DNA of 38,398 nucleotides from Candidatus Buchananbacteria bacterium RIFCSPHIGHO2_02_FULL_56_16 (GCA_001817495.1 MHIL01000028.1:1302-39699); one strand, 5' to 3'. Numbered from the stretch's first letter, positions 9,350 to 18,800 are shown. Numbers and translations are program-made. Notes: generated from the letters alone by a model not told the origin.

Positions 9350-12300
9350 GGCCGGCGGTTTCAATTTCATAATATCTTCCAACGACTGGCGGCCGACTTC
9401 GCTAGCCGGCGGGGGTGCGACGGGCGGCGGACTCTGGGTCGGAACACTCGGCGGTGGCGGCGGCAGGCTCGGGCCGGTACCGCGTTCCAGATTGATATCA
9501 AAATTAACGATGCCCGCTCTTCCTTTTTCAATCAAGTTAAGGTCACCGGTCCTTCGCGGCCGGTAGCCGGGTTTTTCAGCGGTCAGGTAGTACCAGTTAT
9601 GGTCGACCAAAAAGGCGTAGCGGCCATGACGGTCAGTGATTCGGCTCTCGACCAGCCGGTGGTGTTCCTGATCATAGATTCGAACAACGGCCAAACGAAT
9701 CGGCGTCCGGTTCGCCTGGTCATAGACCACGCCCCAGCTCTTGGCTGGCCGAACATACGCCAACCGTCGGAACAGCCCATAGAGCAGGCAGTGAACTCCG
9801 AAGAGGCTTAAGGTTATGCCAGAGGGGCTGATGGCCAGTGACAACGCCGCCAGCGGTACCCCGGAAAAAGCGATGGCGTACTGGAGCTTGCGCCGGAAGT
9901 ATTGAAAAATAAGCTTGGCCGGCTGACGGCTGTCTTCGGGTGAATCCAGGGGGATGTTAGCGGTAATCGGCAGGCTGGAGCGTTGGATCTCAATCGGCTC
10001 GCCGTGGTAGAGGTTGAGGTGCCTGACGTCTTCATACTTACCCTTGAGCAGCGCCGTGGGGAAGGTAAACGTCGGTTTGGTAACGGTGAGGTAGTACCGG
10101 CCCGGCGGGACGATAAAGCTGTAGCGGCCCTGCTGGTCGGTGACCTGCGAACGGATCGGCCGGTTGTCAGCCGTACGGTAGAGCCTGACGATGGCGAGGT
10201 CAATCGGCTCTTTGGTGATAGCGTTGTAGACCACCCCCCACTGTTTCCGGCGACGCAAGAGGAGCGCGAACGGTTCGGTGAAAAGGAAGCGCAGGTAGGA
10301 TAGGAAGGTAAAGAGCGGCAGCATCGAGAAGCTATTGACCACGACCGCCGTCATCAAGAGCGGCGCCGCCAGCTGCTCATTGATCGTCTCAACAATCAGA
10401 TTGTCCAGAACCGCCTCTCGGAACAGCGTACCGATGGCGCCGGCCGATTCGGTGATGTTACGCTCACTGCGGTCCGACGGTTTGGCGCAGCCCGGGTCGG
10501 CCAGGTAGTCAGGCAGCCCGTCGCGATCGTTATCCAGCCCGTCGAGGCAAGCCGGCAGCGGCCGCGAAACGGTCGGCGGGATACCGCAGTCAACCGCGCA
10601 CGACCAGGTGGCTTCGTCTTCTTCGCAGATACGGTTCCCGCAGCACTCGACGGTCGGCGCGCAGCTGCAGCTAGCAAGGTCAAGGCTCTGACAGACGCCG
10701 CAGGCGACGTCGCAGCCAGGCTGGCACGAACGAACCTCCGGCGGCCGACCAAGGTCAAGGTCACAGCCATTCAGGTCGTAGCACTCGCGCGATTGCGAAC
10801 CGGCCTGACACGATCCCCACCCTAAGCAGGTCCAGCTCGGCTCGCAAATTTCAACGCAGTCCTGGGGACAGGCGCTCAAGCTCTCCCCCGCCTCACAGAC
10901 GGCGTTGCCGCAGAACGGCACGATCCGTTCGCAGACGCACTGGGTAATGTTGATGATTTCACCAGCGCCGCACTCGAGGCCCGGGCAGACGCCGCCGCAG
11001 CTGCGCTGGGTATCGGGCTCTATAATCGGCACGGCGCAGGCGTTACGGTCGAAGCAGTCGCGCGTCTGAACGCCGGCGGCCGGGCAGTCAGCCGGCTGCC
11101 AGCCGCCGCAGTCCCATTCCGAGAGGCAGCTGACCGGACAATCGAGCGCGCAACGGTAGGGGTCCTCGCCAGGCGGTTCGCAGCTCTGGTTACCGCAGCA
11201 GTTGGCCACATCAATACAGCTGCAGGTCTGCGGGTCGAGCTGCTGGCAGCCGCCGCAGACGACACCGGTACAGACACCGCAGCCCTCCTGGTACTGGTAG
11301 CCTGGCTGGCAGGTTGGTGTTGTCTGGTCTTCACAGGTTACGACCCGCAGGCCGTCGGGCTGGCAGGCGCCGGGCGCACACAAAAAATCGGGCGCACAGG
11401 CGCAGTTGGGGTCGCCGGCGACCGAACCGTCGGTGCAGGTTGAAGCGGCGTAGTCGCAGAAACCGTCATGATCGTCATCAAGGCCGTTGTTGCAGTTTTC
11501 GACGCCGCCTGATGTCAGCCAAGAACCGTCATAGCTGGTGACCAAATCAGGAGCAGCTGGACGATCGAGGCTGGCGGTAATTTGAAAGTAGTAGCTGGTG
11601 TTTGCGGTCAACCCGCCAATCGGGTGGCGGTAGCTACTGCCCGACAAACTGGCCGAACCATCGCTCAAGCTCACGGTACGCCCCCACTCCAGTACCGAAC
11701 CAGTCGCGACCGAGCTGCAGGTACCGCCCTGCCAGCTGCGCGTCAGCCAGTTGACCGTGGCCAAACTCCGGGTAACCGAGCTGACGCTGACGTTGCTGAT
11801 TAAGAGCTCAACCTGGCAGCTCGACGAGCAGCAGTCGCCGGCAGCGGTGTTGTTGTCGTCGCACTCCTCGCCGGCTTCAACCACGCCATTGCCGCAGCCG
11901 AGCTCCAGTTGGCAGCTCGACGAGCAGCCGTCGCCGGCAGCGGTGTTGTTGTCGTCGCACTCCTCGCCGGCTTCCGTAAAACCGTTGCCGCAAACCGGCA
12001 AGCAGCTTTGGGTTTGGGTGAACGGTCCGCTGCAGCTGTTGGTACAGCTCCGGGATTGGATACCGCTGCTGCACGCACCCCAGGGGTCGCAGCTGACCGT
12101 GCAGGCTGGCGGCGGCGGGGATGGCGGGCCGTGGCCGGGCACGGCGCAGACGCAGCTCGCGTTGCAGGTCTGACCGGCCGGACAGTCGCTGGTGCTCTCG
12201 CACCCTTCGCCGGCGCCAATCGTGCCGTCGCCGCAGACCGGGCAGGTGCAGTCGCTGTTGCAGCTGCTGTTGTAGCAAACGCCCGAGCTCGCGCCGCCGT

Positions 12301-12484
12301 CGCAGGTTTCGCTGCCCTCGCGGATGTTGTTGCCGCACAGGACCGAAACATCAGCGTTAATCAGCACGTCGGCGCTGGCCGCCTGGGCGGGCAGCCGACC
12401 GACTAAAAACAGCAGCCCGGCGGCGGCAGCGGCCAGGCTGACCGCAAACGACAGAAAAAAAAGTTTAGCTTTTGCTACTTGCAC
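9341..12484 (-). CDS. Large cysteine-rich membrane-anchored surface protein
   Basis: Signal/TM N-terminus; CGNG..E.GEECDD repeats (Myxococcus Cys-rich type); TSP1-like W.C..W..C...Q.R.C repeats; C.DGLDND.DG motifs; two TD..GRY.F carboxypeptidase-regulatory-like domains; TM segments; Pro-rich tail. Confidence 0.85.
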   Translation of the reverse strand: MQVAKAKLFFLSFAVSLAAAAAGLLFLVGRLPAQAASADVLINADVSVLCGNNIREGSETCDGGASSGVCYNSSCNSDCTCPVCGDGTIGAGEGCESTSDCPAGQTCNASCVCAVPGHGPPSPPPPACTVSCDPWGACSSGIQSRSCTNSCSGPFTQTQSCLPVCGNGFTEAGEECDDNNTAAGDGCSSSCQLELGCGNGVVEAGEECDDNNTAAGDCCSSSCQVELLISNVSVSSVTRSLATVNWLTRSWQGGTCSSVATGSVLEWGRTVSLSDGSASLSGSSYRHPIGGLTANTSYYFQITASLDRPAAPDLVTSYDGSWLTSGGVENCNNGLDDDHDGFCDYAASTCTDGSVAGDPNCACAPDFLCAPGACQPDGLRVVTCEDQTTPTCQPGYQYQEGCGVCTGVVCGGCQQLDPQTCSCIDVANCCGNQSCEPPGEDPYRCALDCPVSCLSEWDCGGWQPADCPAAGVQTRDCFDRNACAVPIIEPDTQRSCGGVCPGLECGAGEIINITQCVCERIVPFCGNAVCEAGESLSACPQDCVEICEPSWTCLGWGSCQAGSQSRECYDLNGCDLDLGRPPEVRSCQPGCDVACGVCQSLDLASCSCAPTVECCGNRICEEDEATWSCAVDCGIPPTVSRPLPACLDGLDNDRDGLPDYLADPGCAKPSDRSERNITESAGAIGTLFREAVLDNLIVETINEQLAAPLLMTAVVVNSFSMLPLFTFLSYLRFLFTEPFALLLRRRKQWGVVYNAITKEPIDLAIVRLYRTADNRPIRSQVTDQQGRYSFIVPPGRYYLTVTKPTFTFPTALLKGKYEDVRHLNLYHGEPIEIQRSSLPITANIPLDSPEDSRQPAKLIFQYFRRKLQYAIAFSGVPLAALSLAISPSGITLSLFGVHCLLYGLFRRLAYVRPAKSWGVVYDQANRTPIRLAVVRIYDQEHHRLVESRITDRHGRYAFLVDHNWYYLTAEKPGYRPRRTGDLNLIEKGRAGIVNFDINLERGTGPSLPPPPPSVPTQSPPPVAPPPASEVGRQSLEDIMKLKPPASF
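11814..11974. repeat. Intragenic tandem duplication, 96-bp period
   Basis: 11814-11878 and 11910-11974 differ at one base; they encode EAGEECDDNNTAAGD[G/C]CSSSCQ. Confidence 0.9.
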
Positions 12485-13433
12485 CTGATGGTAAAGCTTT
12501 TATCCGCCGGTTAATTTTTACGATGATCAGGAAAATGATCACGCAGGCGACGGCGGCGGTAATGAGGTGGTACGGAACCAGCCAGAACGTCAGCTCACGA
12601 TCGACCGGCTGGGGACTGCCGGTGCCATAGCTCACGTGAAGGGTGGCATGGTAGAACCCGCCGGCAAGCAGCCGGAGCTCTTGGCTGATCTGCCGCCAGA
12701 ACTGCTGGAGCGGATTACCGTCGCTTTGCTGTCCCCAGACCACGTCGAAGCGGCGGGCGGTGTACGGCAGCACTGGCCTTTGCTCGGCGTTAAACGGCAG
12801 CTCGGCGGCGCGCAGCCAGCCCTTCAAAGCAATCGTGCCGGTTGGTTTGAGGTGAACGTTGCCGGTATTTTCAAACCGGGTTGAGAAGGTGAGCGGCAGG
12901 CTAAAAAAAACGTTCGACGCGGGTTCGACGCCAAACGAGCTGACGCTGCCCTGCTCGATCACCGCGCCCGTGACCGTCAGCAACACCAGCGTCCCAACCT
13001 TGCTCGAGATGCCGACCGCGGACCCGTCGCCGGCGCGGCTCGCGTCCGTTCGCCAAAAGATAGCGGCGTAGTAGCCGCCGGAAGCCGCATCAGCGGGCAC
13101 CGTGACGGTAAAGGGCACGATCGCCACCTGGTGCGACCGAAGCAACAGCTGCCGGTCGGCAAGGCTAAACCAGCCGAGGTACTTGTCCTGTTCACTCGGC
13201 GGCAGGTAGCGGGGCTGGCCGTCCTCACCTTGAGCGGTGAACGGCTCGACGCTCGCGGTTAAGACGAGATCTTGATCGGTTTCGTTGTAGACTTTCACCG
13301 CCCCCGGCTGCGACGTGCCGGCGTCGACCTCCAGCTCAAGGACCGGCGAGATGACGGTCGTCGCCAATGCCGCCGGCGCCGTCAGGAACGACGTGAGTAA
13401 TCCGACCAGCAAGATACCCTGAATCGTGCTCAT
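12465..13433 (-). CDS. Exported protein resembling WxL-interacting (DUF916-like) proteins, with C-terminal TM
   Basis: VPFTVTVPADAASGGYYAAI, FENTGNVHLKPTG, signal peptide, C-terminal anchor. Confidence 0.65.
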   Translation of the reverse strand: MSTIQGILLVGLLTSFLTAPAALATTVISPVLELEVDAGTSQPGAVKVYNETDQDLVLTASVEPFTAQGEDGQPRYLPPSEQDKYLGWFSLADRQLLLRSHQVAIVPFTVTVPADAASGGYYAAIFWRTDASRAGDGSAVGISSKVGTLVLLTVTGAVIEQGSVSSFGVEPASNVFFSLPLTFSTRFENTGNVHLKPTGTIALKGWLRAAELPFNAEQRPVLPYTARRFDVVWGQQSDGNPLQQFWRQISQELRLLAGGFYHATLHVSYGTGSPQPVDRELTFWLVPYHLITAAVACVIIFLIIVKINRRIKALPSGASSKS

Positions 13434-13437
13434 CACT

Positions 13438-14163
13438 TCAGAAGTTAGCGGTCGCGGCAAACGTCAGCGTCGTCGAGTAGGTACCCATCTCGGTCAACGT
13501 GCTGACGTTCGCGAGGTACGAAACGGTGTAGGTGGTGGCGTTGACGTCAACCGAGGCTGAAGCCACGGTGTCGCCGCTCTGAAAGGCGAAGCTGTTCGCC
13601 ACGCCGTACTGGCCGGCGGCCGAACCGATCGGCGACGTGCCGCTGGGGTTCGAGCCGGCCGCCGGCGCGCTGTTAGCAACCAGGTTGAAACCGAACTGCT
13701 CGGAGCCGGGACTCGAGCCGACCGCCGTCGCGCCGGTCGCACTGATCGTATTGGTGCCGCTGGTCAGGGTGCTGCCGCTCACGGTAATGGTAAAACCGCT
13801 GGGTGAGTTTGTGTCCGCGGCGAGGGTATGGCTGGCGGTCGTCGCCCGGAGGTTGCTCAAGGTACCCAAGTCAAGCGACGAGACGCTCGCCGAGAGGGTG
13901 AGGTACTGGTCGGCGTAGAGTTCTCGGAAGCCGGCTTTCAACCCGTAGGCGGCGGCCGTGCTCGTCGCCGACAAAATGATCGCCTCGCCGATCGTGTCTT
14001 GGAGAGTGTAGCTCGTCGAGGTACTCACATCCAGTCCGCCACCGCTGAACACGTCGGCCCAGATGATGTAGTTTGTGCTCTCGGTTCGCGCGTTAGTGCC
14101 GCCGAGGCCAATCGAAAAAGCAAGGCCAAAAATCAAAAAGAAAATTACGGTATTTCGTGCCAT
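13438..14163 (-). CDS. Secreted Ser/Thr-rich surface protein, WxL-like C-terminus
   Basis: Signal peptide; TNSPSGFTITV; ends GTYSTTLTFAATANF. Confidence 0.65.
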   Translation of the reverse strand: MARNTVIFFLIFGLAFSIGLGGTNARTESTNYIIWADVFSGGGLDVSTSTSYTLQDTIGEAIILSATSTAAAYGLKAGFRELYADQYLTLSASVSSLDLGTLSNLRATTASHTLAADTNSPSGFTITVSGSTLTSGTNTISATGATAVGSSPGSEQFGFNLVANSAPAAGSNPSGTSPIGSAAGQYGVANSFAFQSGDTVASASVDVNATTYTVSYLANVSTLTEMGTYSTTLTFAATANF

Positions 14164-14226
14164 AGCGTTCTAGGTGTTAAGCCTGTCTACTAGGTTTAGT
14201 ATACTAAAAAACCGCTCTCTAAGCAA

Positions 14227-14256
14227 AACCCGGTTCCGACTGGTCGAAACCGGGTT
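14227..14256 (-). terminator. Hairpin downstream of 14298-14840
   Basis: aacccggtt...aaccgggtt inverted repeat with an A run on the left. Confidence 0.55.
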
Positions 14257-14297
14257 AGGTGTCGAACTGAAGAGCGGCGGTACCGCGAAAACCGGAG

Positions 14298-14840
14298 TTA
14301 CGGGGCGGGCTGCTGCTGGCCGTTGACGTAGTCGTTGATGGCCTGGACGACCCGCGAGTCGTCTTTGAGATCTTCGAGCAGCACCATCTGGTCACGGTTG
14401 ATAATCATCTCATCACGAGGGCCGTGCAGCTCGTTGCCGAGCTTGATTAACGTCAGCCGCTGCTCCTGCTGCTGGGGGGCGGCGGTGTCACCCTCCTGGC
14501 TCCGCTGGAGGGGTTGCGTCACCACCTGGAGGTAGTAGATGTCGTGCAGCCAGATGTAGTCGTTATTTATTTTTGAAATCTTGCCGAAGTAAACCTGGCC
14601 GTTGGTTAAAAAGACCGCCTGCCACTGGGTCCGAAGCTGGATGCCGCTCAACCCAAGCCCGCCGGAGCCGTTCAATAGGTACACCCCGCCGGCGATGAGT
14701 ATAACGACAATGACTAACGTCACCAGCCCCTTAATCCATGGCCCACGAGATTTGCGCGGCGAAGCGAGGGCCGACTGGCCGGCTGCCGGTGGCATGGCCA
14801 ACGGCGTAGTAATTTTTGGTTGATTCATCTGGTACGCCAT
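14298..14840 (-). CDS. Hypothetical single-TM protein
   Basis: One TM then WQAVFLTNGQVYFGK..LIKLGNELHGP; aaggag RBS upstream. Confidence 0.8.
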   Translation of the reverse strand: MAYQMNQPKITTPLAMPPAAGQSALASPRKSRGPWIKGLVTLVIVVILIAGGVYLLNGSGGLGLSGIQLRTQWQAVFLTNGQVYFGKISKINNDYIWLHDIYYLQVVTQPLQRSQEGDTAAPQQQEQRLTLIKLGNELHGPRDEMIINRDQMVLLEDLKDDSRVVQAINDYVNGQQQPAP

Positions 14841-14922
14841 AGTTGCTCCTTAATGAATATGAGGAAACGTTTGCTCTTTATTCGTTTCCCAATGAATTAA
14901 TTGCTAAAAGGTAATTATTGAA

Positions 14923-15019
14923 AATTTCTAATTTCTAACCGCTAATGCCTAATCTGATGGCTGATGAAACTCTAGCTCTTAGTGGTGGTTTATGAGCGGC
15001 GTTAGATATTAGAAATTAG
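14923..15019. repeat. 7-nt-periodic hairpin (ctaa core)
   Basis: aatttct aatttct aaccgct aatgcct ... ttagata ttagaaa ttag. Confidence 0.7.
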
Positions 15020-15064
15020 TCATGAGACCAGTAACTACACTATACACCATTATTCGACACCATG

Positions 15065-16135
15065 CTACTCGCGCTTGTTAATATCTGTGGGTGACGCCGA
15101 CCAGGGTTTGTTCACTTGCCCCATAAAGTCCTTGAGTACCAGTCCAATTGAGGCGATTACCGGCACGGCGAGGATGATGCCGATAAGGCCCACCAGCCGG
15201 GCGCCGACCAGCATCGCGACGATCACGACCACCGGGTTTAACCCCACCTGGCGCTTCATCACCTGGGGAACGATCAGGTTATTCTCCAGCCACTGGATGA
15301 CGAGGTAGAGAATCAGCACCGCGACGCCGTGCCAGGGGGAAACCGTTAAGCCCAGAAAGATCGCCGGAATCGAGCCGAGGATCGGCCCGAGGTAGGGTAC
15401 CAGCTCGGTGACGCCGGCGACAATCGCCAGCACCACGGCGTAGTGCGGCAAGAGGAAGATCAAACCCAAGAAAGACAGGGTACCAATGATGAGCCCAAGC
15501 AAGAGTTGGGCCCGGGCCCAGTTGCCGATTTTGGTTTGAATGCGGGCCGCGAGATCAGTGACGTACTGGTGCTGGACGGTGGGCGTCAGCGCCCGCAAGA
15601 TTTTTGCGAACGCGTCGCGCTCCATTACCAAGTAAAAAGTCACCACCAGAATCATCAGAAAATTAATCACGTTCTTAAAGATCGCGACGATGACCGTATA
15701 GACGCCGCTGGCCGCCCGGCTCACATCACCTTCGATGCCCTCAAGCCCCCGGCGGATTGTCTCGAGGTATCCCTGTTCCTCCGAGTACTGCTTGAGACTC
15801 TGAAAGTTCTCAAGCGCCCGTTCCCAAAAGTCAGGGAAGTTTCGCGCCAGCGAGCCGATTTGTTCGGCGAACGGCGGGATCAGCAACCGGACAATAATCA
15901 CGAAGAACAGCAGCAGCAGGGCGTAGATAAGAATGATGCTGATCGCTCGAGGGATCTTTCTCTGTTGAAGCCGGTTGACCAATGGCTCAATGAGCGCGGC
16001 CAGGATAATGGCAATGAACACAGTCAGGATAATGTCGCGGACGAGGTAGATGAAGCCCAGCACTAAAAAAACCGCCACGATCTTCAGAATCGCAACGGTC
16101 GAGATATTGATAGTCACCTGGTTACCCCCGTTCAT
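15065..16135 (-). CDS. AI-2E family transporter
   Basis: Multi-TM; VPYLGP, QWLENNLIVPQVM, GLNPVVV, GIILAVP. Confidence 0.92.
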   Translation of the reverse strand: MNGGNQVTINISTVAILKIVAVFLVLGFIYLVRDIILTVFIAIILAALIEPLVNRLQQRKIPRAISIILIYALLLLFFVIIVRLLIPPFAEQIGSLARNFPDFWERALENFQSLKQYSEEQGYLETIRRGLEGIEGDVSRAASGVYTVIVAIFKNVINFLMILVVTFYLVMERDAFAKILRALTPTVQHQYVTDLAARIQTKIGNWARAQLLLGLIIGTLSFLGLIFLLPHYAVVLAIVAGVTELVPYLGPILGSIPAIFLGLTVSPWHGVAVLILYLVIQWLENNLIVPQVMKRQVGLNPVVVIVAMLVGARLVGLIGIILAVPVIASIGLVLKDFMGQVNKPWSASPTDINKRE

Positions 16136-16137
16136 AG

Positions 16138-16650
16138 TTATAGCTGCTTGCTAAAATGGTTTTTCCTGCGTAATACCCAATACAGGACTAAACCAACTAC
16201 TGTAGCCGCTACCCCGACTAATATACCAACTATAAGGGGTTTGATGGCCAAACGAGTTTTAGAAAAGTCACTCTCAATACCAAATTCGCTGATGGCAGAG
16301 ACTCGGTACCGATACAACATGCCGACACTAATATCGGTATCCGTAAAAGAAGTCTGAGTGGTGGTAGCGAATAATGTCCACTCGCCGCCAGGAAACTGCT
16401 GACGATAGATCTTGTAGAAAGCCACATCTTCTGGTCGATTGAAAGCCTGCCATGTAATAGTAGTGGAATCTATTGATTTGCTAGTGGCAGTAATCTCGGG
16501 CGGAATGAGCGGTATGGCGTTCTGTTCAGCCATGGTGAATTCACGGTAACTCTTAACCGGCTCGGCTTGCTGTGTCGCACCAACAATAGAGGGTATTATA
16601 AGTATAAATAAAATGGATATAGAGCGTTTATAAAAATCACCTTTTGGCAT
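16138..16650 (-). CDS. Fibronectin type III-like domain membrane protein
   Basis: ITW..FYKIYR..FTDTD..YRYRVSAISEFGIES; signal peptide and C-terminal TM; AT-rich. Confidence 0.8.
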   Translation of the reverse strand: MPKGDFYKRSISILFILIIPSIVGATQQAEPVKSYREFTMAEQNAIPLIPPEITATSKSIDSTTITWQAFNRPEDVAFYKIYRQQFPGGEWTLFATTTQTSFTDTDISVGMLYRYRVSAISEFGIESDFSKTRLAIKPLIVGILVGVAATVVGLVLYWVLRRKNHFSKQL

Positions 16651-16755
16651 ATGTTATAGTGCTAGATGTATTGCAATTATACTAATTATACTAAATAGCA
16701 CCTATGGGCGTCAACACGATAGCAGGATGGCGACAGCGCGTGCTATACTACCCAT

Positions 16756-17208
16756 ATGCCCACCCTCGCCACCAACAAGAAAGCGCTCGCCGGTAACACG
16801 GTCCTCGAGAAGCTCGAAGCCGGCGTTGTGCTCACCGGCCCGGAGGTTAAATCGGTCAAACTCGGCCGTCTGAACCTCCGCGGCAGCTACGTCAGCGTGG
16901 ACGGCCAGAGCCAGGTCTGGCTGATGAATGCCCACGTCTCGGCCTATCCGCCGGCCGGGGCGGCCCAGGCCGGCTACGATCCAACGCAGCGCCGGAAGCT
17001 GCTCTTGAGCAAGCAAGAGATTGACCACCTGCGGGGCCGGGTTCACGAAAAAGGGTTGACAATTTTACCACTTTCTGTATATACTAAAGGAAGTCTGATT
17101 AAGCTGGAGATCGGTTTGGTTCGCGGCAAGAAGCTGTTTGAAAAACGGGAAACGATTAAGAAGCGCGACATCGACCGCCAAATCAGGCAGCGCCTCCGCC
17201 GGAGGTAG
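16756..17208 (+). CDS. smpB: SsrA-binding protein
   Basis: NKKA, EAGVVLTGPEVKS, RKLLL, GKKLFEKRETIK. Confidence 0.96.
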   Translation: MPTLATNKKALAGNTVLEKLEAGVVLTGPEVKSVKLGRLNLRGSYVSVDGQSQVWLMNAHVSAYPPAGAAQAGYDPTQRRKLLLSKQEIDHLRGRVHEKGLTILPLSVYTKGSLIKLEIGLVRGKKLFEKRETIKKRDIDRQIRQRLRRR

Positions 17209-17220
17209 CCTATCGCAAAA

Positions 17221-17277
17221 TCGCGTATCGCCAATGGTATTGGTAACGATAGGCGACTTGCTATTGGCGATACGCGA
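17221..17277. repeat. 15-bp perfect inverted repeat between smpB and ssrA
   Basis: tcgcgtatcgccaat / attggcgatacgcga, loosely 7-periodic (atcgc). Confidence 0.8.
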
Positions 17278-17281
17278 ACAT

Positions 17282-17671
17282 GGGGATGTTCAAAATCGAT
17301 AGGATGATGAGCCCACGCTACTCGAACCGAGCGTTGGTGATTTGCTCGTAAATCTCAACCGCCAATTCAATAAGTGCCAAATCACTTGTTGCTAAGGTCA
17401 AAGCTGCATTCAGCTCACTGACTTTAGTACCCGCTTTGGCCTAACAGCGCCAAAGCCATCAGCCCGGTGACGTCTCATAGCCGGTCCCTGGTGTCACCCA
17501 TGAGACTCGACGAACGGTCCGCCTCGCCCGCGCGTCTAAACTACCGAGGCTGCGGCTGGCAGCATCTTGTTGGTTTCTAACCTGCCGGCTCAAGACGTGA
17601 AACCAACTACGTTCGTAGCGGTAGTTTGAGCTCCATGCTAGACAGGGGTGTGAGTCCCCTCATCTCCACCA
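17282..17671 (+). ncRNA. ssrA: tmRNA; predicted tag (A)AKSLVAKVKAAFSSLTLVPALA at 17376-17444
   Basis: ggggatg/catctcc-acca acceptor with G3:U, T arm, resume context aataagtGCC, tag ending ALA*, adjacent to smpB. Confidence 0.93.
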
Positions 17672-17678
17672 CTCGACT

Positions 17679-17794
17679 CATTTCGAATTTTGAATTTTAA
17701 ATTTTGAATGAATTTCAAATGATTGAATGTTTCAAAGACTCAAGATTCAAACATTCAATATTGATTCAAAATTCGAAATTGAAAATTTAAAATT
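17679..17794. repeat. AT-rich 7-nt-periodic palindrome, family A
   Basis: catttcg aattttg aatttta aattttg ... caaaatt cgaaatt gaaaatt taaaatt. Confidence 0.9.
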
Positions 17795-17806
17795 AACTTT
17801 ACTCCC

Positions 17807-18358
17807 TTGAGAATCTCCCGTCGAAAACCAAGACCGGGCCAGGTACCGGTCAAGCGGCATTACATCAATACCCAGATCCGCGCCCCGCAGGTTCGCCTGA
17901 TTGATGAGCTCGGCCAAAACGTTGGCATCGTCGAAACCACCAAGGCGATGGCAATGGCCCACGAGCGCGGGCTCGACCTAATTGAGGTTTCCCCGCTCGC
18001 CAACCCGCCGGTAGTTCGCATCGTTGACTACAGCAAGATGCGCTATGAGGAAGAGAAAGAGCGGCGCAAGGAGCGGGCCAAGCAGCACAAGGTGGAGGTG
18101 AAGGGTATCAGGCTCTCGCTGCGCATCAGCGAGCATGACCGTGAGGTCCGGCTCAAGCAGGCCGAACGGTTCCTGGGCCAGCGCGACAAGGTCAAAATCG
18201 AGATTATCCTCCGTGGCCGCGAACGACGCCACGTTGATGCCGCCCGGGAGATCGTCAGCGTGTTCATCCGCTCACTGAACGACCTCGTGCCGGTGGTCAC
18301 CGAGCAGGCAACCCAGGTTCAGGGCGGTAAGGTTTCTGCGCTGGTTGCCCGGCAGTAA
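17807..18358 (+). CDS. infC: Translation initiation factor IF-3
   Basis: INTQIRAPQVRLID, LDLIEVSP.ANPPV, RGRE; non-AUG start (TTG 17807, or in-frame ATT 17792). Confidence 0.96.
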   Translation: MRISRRKPRPGQVPVKRHYINTQIRAPQVRLIDELGQNVGIVETTKAMAMAHERGLDLIEVSPLANPPVVRIVDYSKMRYEEEKERRKERAKQHKVEVKGIRLSLRISEHDREVRLKQAERFLGQRDKVKIEIILRGRERRHVDAAREIVSVFIRSLNDLVPVVTEQATQVQGGKVSALVARQ

Positions 18359-18370
18359 CATACATAGAAC

Positions 18371-18490
18371 TCAAAAAGTGCAAAGTGCAAAATTAAGGTA
18401 TTCCACCCCCTCCTTTCTGCGTTATCAATGAAATGCAGAAAGAAGGGGACCCCATAACTTTTAACTTTACACGTTAAATTTTAAACTTTC
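18371..18490. repeat. 7-nt-periodic hairpin with a nested GC-richer stem
   Basis: aaagtgc aaagtgc aaaatt ... aactttt aacttta; inner cccctcctttctgc/gcagaaagaagggg. Confidence 0.7.
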
Positions 18491-18491
18491 T

Positions 18492-18701
18492 ATGAAGCTC
18501 AAAACCCACAAAGCCACGGCGAAAAAGATTAAAATCACGAATACTAAGCGACGCAAAAACAAAAAGTTTCTGACGAAGCGGGCCGGCCAGGATCACTTCA
18601 ACGCTCGCGAGTCCGGTAACGTCACCCGCAGCAAGCGACGCCGGCAGACGCTCGACCCGACCAACGTCAAGACCGCCAAGCGGATGCTGCCTTATGCTTA
18701 A
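18492..18701 (+). CDS. rpmI: 50S ribosomal protein L35
   Basis: MKLKTHKATAKK; lies between infC and rplT. Confidence 0.93.
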   Translation: MKLKTHKATAKKIKITNTKRRKNKKFLTKRAGQDHFNARESGNVTRSKRRRQTLDPTNVKTAKRMLPYA

Positions 18702-18712
18702 CATGAGCTTTG

Positions 18713-18785
18713 TAGGAATTAGGAATTAGCTTGTAGCTTCTTAGAAATGGCATCTAAGAGACTACAACCCAATTCCTAATTCCTA
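18713..18785. repeat. 7-nt-periodic hairpin (family C related)
   Basis: taggaat taggaat tagcttg ... aattcct aattcct; shares agcttgtagcttcttag with the 23621 copy. Confidence 0.8.
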
Positions 18786-18800
18786 ACTCCTGAACTACCT

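Noticed and set aside
11814-11974. Near-identical repeat as a DGR template/variable pair
   Set aside because: In-frame tandem domain duplication with a single difference; no reverse transcriptase in the window
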